49,445 bases of DNA, from NCBI GenBank assembly GCA_043747615.1, contig JAYTOU010000100.1:1-49445 (forward strand). The letters run 5' to 3'. The stretch's first letter is position 1, and each line of letters starts with the position of its first letter. Shown here in pieces: positions 46,080 through 49,445 of this stretch. Below the pieces are notes generated by a model. The model was not told the origin of the DNA. It ran no database searches and saw only the letters and a list, made by a program, of their open reading frames with translations. Source of the DNA: Myxococcales bacterium (GTDB taxonomy: Bacteria; Myxococcota_A; Polyangia; Polyangiales; Polyangiaceae). The translations under genes were made by a program, and so were the position numbers.

Positions 46080-46904
46080 TCAGGTTCCTTCGGCTTGGAG
46101 CGTGAGGCTCGTGAGGAGCTCGGTGTACGACGGATCGGTGAGATCCAAAACGAGGGCGGTGATGGAGGCAACGTGCTCATCGTAGGCTTCGGTATCGCTG
46201 CCGCTGAGGTGCTCGTGCCTCACGCCCGGGCCGCCGAGCCACAGGTACTCGCGGCCGCGAGGGTCGGTGCGAAAGTCCACGACCTCGTCGTAGATGCGAG
46301 TTCCGAGCCGCGCCGAACGAATCGCGCCCGTCCAGTCCTTCGGCACGTTGATGCTGAGGAGCGGACCCGCCCGACCGTGCGCTGGCGCGTGTGCGGCGTC
46401 GCGTAGCGATGGCCGAGCCTTTTGCGATTCGATGAGCGCGGCCGCTACGCGCGCGCACATTGTGGATACGGCGGCGAAATCGGCCCGTGGATGCGCGCTC
46501 GTTGCCAGCGCGGGAATTCCCCGAAGCGCCCCTTCGCGCGCTGCGGCGACGGTGCCCGAATAAAAGACGTCTTGCCCAAGATTGAGACCGTGATTCAGCC
46601 CCGAGACGACCAGATTGGGGACGCGAGGCAGGACGCGACCCAAAGAATGAAGTGCAACATACACGCAATCTGCGGGCGTCCCGTCGAGGGCGAAGACCCC
46701 GGGCTCGACCGTTCGTAGGCGCAGTGCGCGGTGGAGGCTGAGGGAGTGGCTCGATGCGCTCTGCTCCGTCTCGGGGGCGACGACGATCACGTCGGCGAAC
46801 GCGGCGAGGGCGGCCCGCATCTGTCGGATCCCCTCGCTGGCGAACCCGTCGTCGTTCGACAGAAGGACGAGGGGTCGCTCGTTAGGCGGCGCGAGAGGCA
46901 TCAC
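46080..46904 (-). CDS. surE: 5'/3'-nucleotidase SurE
   Basis: LLSNDDG, APETEQS, GTPADCV, SGLNHG, YSGTVAAA. Confidence 0.96.
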   Translation of the reverse strand: MMPLAPPNERPLVLLSNDDGFASEGIRQMRAALAAFADVIVVAPETEQSASSHSLSLHRALRLRTVEPGVFALDGTPADCVYVALHSLGRVLPRVPNLVVSGLNHGLNLGQDVFYSGTVAAAREGALRGIPALATSAHPRADFAAVSTMCARVAAALIESQKARPSLRDAAHAPAHGRAGPLLSINVPKDWTGAIRSARLGTRIYDEVVDFRTDPRGREYLWLGGPGVRHEHLSGSDTEAYDEHVASITALVLDLTDPSYTELLTSLTLQAEGT

Positions 46905-46932
46905 GCGGCAGACGCTCCCGAAGGTTGCTCAG

Positions 46933-47571
46933 TCATTTCAACTTCAGCTTGGCAGCATCCGCGCAGGCTTTGTCGTTCAGCTTTTTGCACGCCGTCGCGA
47001 GCATGCCCGCTTCATCCTTCGTGAGCGTCTTGACACGCGGGAGGAGGAGCTGACGAACGCCCTCGAAATCGGACTTGGCGAGGAGCGCGTGCGCGTCGCC
47101 CACGGCCGCGGGCCCCAGACCGCCGTCCGGCTTGAGCTCAGGGAGGCCCGACTGCTGCTTCGGTAACGTCAAGAGGAGCGCCTTGGCCTTGGCCTGGAAC
47201 GACGGGTCGATGGAATTCGATTTCGCGACCTCGTCGAGGGCACGCCGCCTGCCGAGGAGATCCGGATCGTCGGCCGCGCCCGTCGTCGTGGCGGCCGCCC
47301 ACTTATTCTCGACGTCTTTGAAATCTGCGGACTGCCGAAGCGCGGAGCCGGCCGGAAGAGTGCTCGCCAAGCGCTCGTGCGCGTATTGGAAGTCACCTTG
47401 CGCACACAGCTTCTTCGCGTCGGCGAGGGCTGCGTCCTCGACCGAGATCGGCGCAGCCTGCGGTGCAGGTGCAGACGCTGCGGGCGGCTCGCTTTTCAAA
47501 TTGATGCCGAGCTTGCTGCACGGGTCGAGAGAGACCACGAGCCCCAGGAGGAGGACGGTGCGGGAAGTCAT
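46933..47571 (-). CDS. Putative exported or lipoprotein, helical, unknown function
   Basis: Hydrophobic N-terminus ending in a Cys; Ala/Pro linker; helical repeats. Confidence 0.7.
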   Translation of the reverse strand: MTSRTVLLLGLVVSLDPCSKLGINLKSEPPAASAPAPQAAPISVEDAALADAKKLCAQGDFQYAHERLASTLPAGSALRQSADFKDVENKWAAATTTGAADDPDLLGRRRALDEVAKSNSIDPSFQAKAKALLLTLPKQQSGLPELKPDGGLGPAAVGDAHALLAKSDFEGVRQLLLPRVKTLTKDEAGMLATACKKLNDKACADAAKLKLK

Positions 47572-47663
47572 GGGGCGGCATCATCGCCCGAACACGGGCC
47601 CGAGGGAACGTGGAAAAATCATGGGTGCAAAGCGGTTGCAAGCAGACCGTCAGGCGAGGGACC

Positions 47664-49445
47664 ATGCACCCCGGAATGCAACGCGTCGTTAGACTGCTAG
47701 CTTTTGCGGCGCTCGCCGCCGGATGTGGCGCGGAGCCGCTACAGCTCGAGCGCCCCGGTCCTCCCGTTGGCCGCTACCCGACCGACGCTGCATCCGAAAG
47801 GATCACCTTGGGCACCCGAAAAATCGATCTGATCGAGACGCTCCACGGCATCAAAGTCGCCGACCCGTATCGTTGGCTCGAGGATAGCGACTCGCCCGAA
47901 GTGAAGGCGTGGACCGATATGCAAAACGTCCGCACCAGGCAGTTCCTCGACAAGATTCAAGGTCGGGAAAAGCTCACCTCCGAGATCGCGGATCTCATCC
48001 ACATCGGATTGGTATCGCCGCCCACGGTCCGCACCGTGAAGCCTGGACACAAACGGTATTTCCACACCAAGCGCGAAGGCGCAGAAAATCAGCCCACGCT
48101 CTACGTGCGGGACGGCGTCGACGGCGCCGACAAACCGCTGATCGACGCATCCGCTCTGTCGGCCGACGGCACTACCGCGCTCGACTGGTGGTATCCGTCG
48201 TGGGACGGCGCGCTCGTCGCCTGGGGCAAGAGCGAGAGCGGAAGCGAAGAGAGCACGCTCCTCATTCGCGACGTGGCCAGCGGAAAAGATCTCCCTGATC
48301 GCATTCCGCGAACCCGTCATGCGTCGGTGGCCTGGGTGCCCGGCGGAAAAGAAGTTTACTACTCGCGGTACCCCGAAGCGGGCACGGTCCCCGCGGGCGA
48401 CGATAAGTACTACGACAAGATTTTTCACCACGTGCTCGGGACCGATCCGAAGAACGACACCCTCGTCTTTGGGAGCGGGCGAGACAAAACAGACGTGCCG
48501 CAGGTGATGATCTCACCAAACGGCCGCTGGCTCGTGGTGCGGGTGCACGAGGGCTGGGGCAAGAGCGAGGTCTACCTCCTCGATCTCCATGCCAAAGTAA
48601 GAGCCGCAAATGCGTGGGTAGAAGTGGCGGTGGGAACGGACGCTCTCTTCGATCCCGTTCCCAAGGACGACGCTCTCCTCATCATGACGAACGACGGCGC
48701 GCCGAAGGGTCGACTCTTCTCCGTCGACTACAAGATCCCGGATCGCACCCACTGGAAAGAGATCATCCAGGAGGGACCGGACGTGCTCACCGACGTCACC
48801 CCGATCGGCGACAACCTCTTCGCGACCTACCTCCACGAGGCGGCGACCCGCGTGGAGCGTTTTACGATGGACGGCAAATCCAAGGGAAATTTGCCGCTGC
48901 CAGCGATCGGGACGGCAGCGGTATCTGGCCCACACGACGGGGACGAAGCGTTCGTGCAGTTTGCGTCCTTCGCCACGCCGTACCAGGTCACGCGCTACGA
49001 TCTGAAGACGAGCAAGGCACAGATCTGGGATCGCGTCGGGGCAAAGTTCAACGTCGCCGACGTCAAAGTTTCGGTGATGTACGCGACCTCGAAAGACGGA
49101 ACGAAGATCCCGATGTTCGTCGTCGCCAAAGAGGGCATGGAACGAAACGGCCAGAATCCCGCGGTCCTGTGGGGCTACGGCGGCTTCAACGTGAACATGA
49201 CCCCTGCCTTCAGCACCCGCGCGCTTCTCACCGTCGCGCGCGGCGGCGTATGGGTCTCGGCCGTTCTGCGCGGGGGAGGAGAGTTCGGCGAGGATTGGCA
49301 CCGCGCAGGGATGCTCGCCAAGAAGCAGAACGTCTTCGACGACTACATCGCCTGCGCCGAGGAGCTCATCGCGCAGAAAATCACCAGCCCCGCCAAGCTC
49401 GGGATCATGGGCGGCTCGAACGGGGGGCTGCTCGTCGCCGCGGCG
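47664..49445 (+). CDS. Prolyl oligopeptidase (S9A) with lipoprotein signal; runs off the right edge
   Basis: Translated by hand; not in the ORF track. LAAGC lipobox, HGIKVADPYRWLED, SKDGTKIPMF, GYGGFN, RGGGEFG, KKQNVFDD, catalytic GGSNGG. Start is 47664 or 47676. Confidence 0.95.
   Translation, partial: MHPGMQRVVRLLAFAALAAGCGAEPLQLERPGPPVGRYPTDAASERITLGTRKIDLIETLHGIKVADPYRWLEDSDSPEVKAWTDMQNVRTRQFLDKIQGREKLTSEIADLIHIGLVSPPTVRTVKPGHKRYFHTKREGAENQPTLYVRDGVDGADKPLIDASALSADGTTALDWWYPSWDGALVAWGKSESGSEESTLLIRDVASGKDLPDRIPRTRHASVAWVPGGKEVYYSRYPEAGTVPAGDDKYYDKIFHHVLGTDPKNDTLVFGSGRDKTDVPQVMISPNGRWLVVRVHEGWGKSEVYLLDLHAKVRAANAWVEVAVGTDALFDPVPKDDALLIMTNDGAPKGRLFSVDYKIPDRTHWKEIIQEGPDVLTDVTPIGDNLFATYLHEAATRVERFTMDGKSKGNLPLPAIGTAAVSGPHDGDEAFVQFASFATPYQVTRYDLKTSKAQIWDRVGAKFNVADVKVSVMYATSKDGTKIPMFVVAKEGMERNGQNPAVLWGYGGFNVNMTPAFSTRALLTVARGGVWVSAVLRGGGEFGEDWHRAGMLAKKQNVFDDYIACAEELIAQKITSPAKLGIMGGSNGGLLVAAA

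Noticed and set aside
47664..49445. Prolyl oligopeptidase as a RiPP maturation partner of the RRE-kinase
   Set aside because: It is about 47 kb away, has a lipoprotein signal and no adjacent precursor; an ordinary peptidase is more likely.
1..49445. CRISPR arrays, tRNA/rRNA genes, integrases, prophage genes
   Set aside because: No regularly spaced repeats, cloverleaf-like sequences or relevant protein motifs were seen, and nearly all DNA is accounted for by CDSs.

Overview
GC-rich, densely packed bacterial chromosomal window, probably from a myxobacterium (Polyangiales-like; inferred from a MYXO-CTERM-like tail, many Cys-rich lipoproteins, a giant TPR protein and a STAND/TPR protein). Most genes are housekeeping or envelope genes: fmt-lhr-nei, serA / FAD 2-hydroxyacid oxidase / serC, sahR-ahcY, accD-folC-yajQ-glmM, a GAF-GGDEF cyclase, scoAB, a MepA-like endopeptidase, a 1-Cys peroxiredoxin, an aldehyde dehydrogenase, surE-apt and a prolyl oligopeptidase. 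I found no tRNA, rRNA, CRISPR array, integrase or transposase. Four signals stand out. (1) At the left edge, absent from the ORF track, is a gene fusing a PqqD/RRE-like domain to an HPr-kinase-like P-loop domain, translationally coupled to lhr-nei. (2) A 332-bp non-coding element with 88-bp terminal inverted repeats lies just upstream of accD. (3) A TAnnnT-N6-8-start, SD-less (leaderless-type) signature recurs at nine genes. (4) Four genes look broken by deletions or truncation, reflecting either decay or assembly artefacts. All family assignments come from motif recognition by eye; no searches were run.
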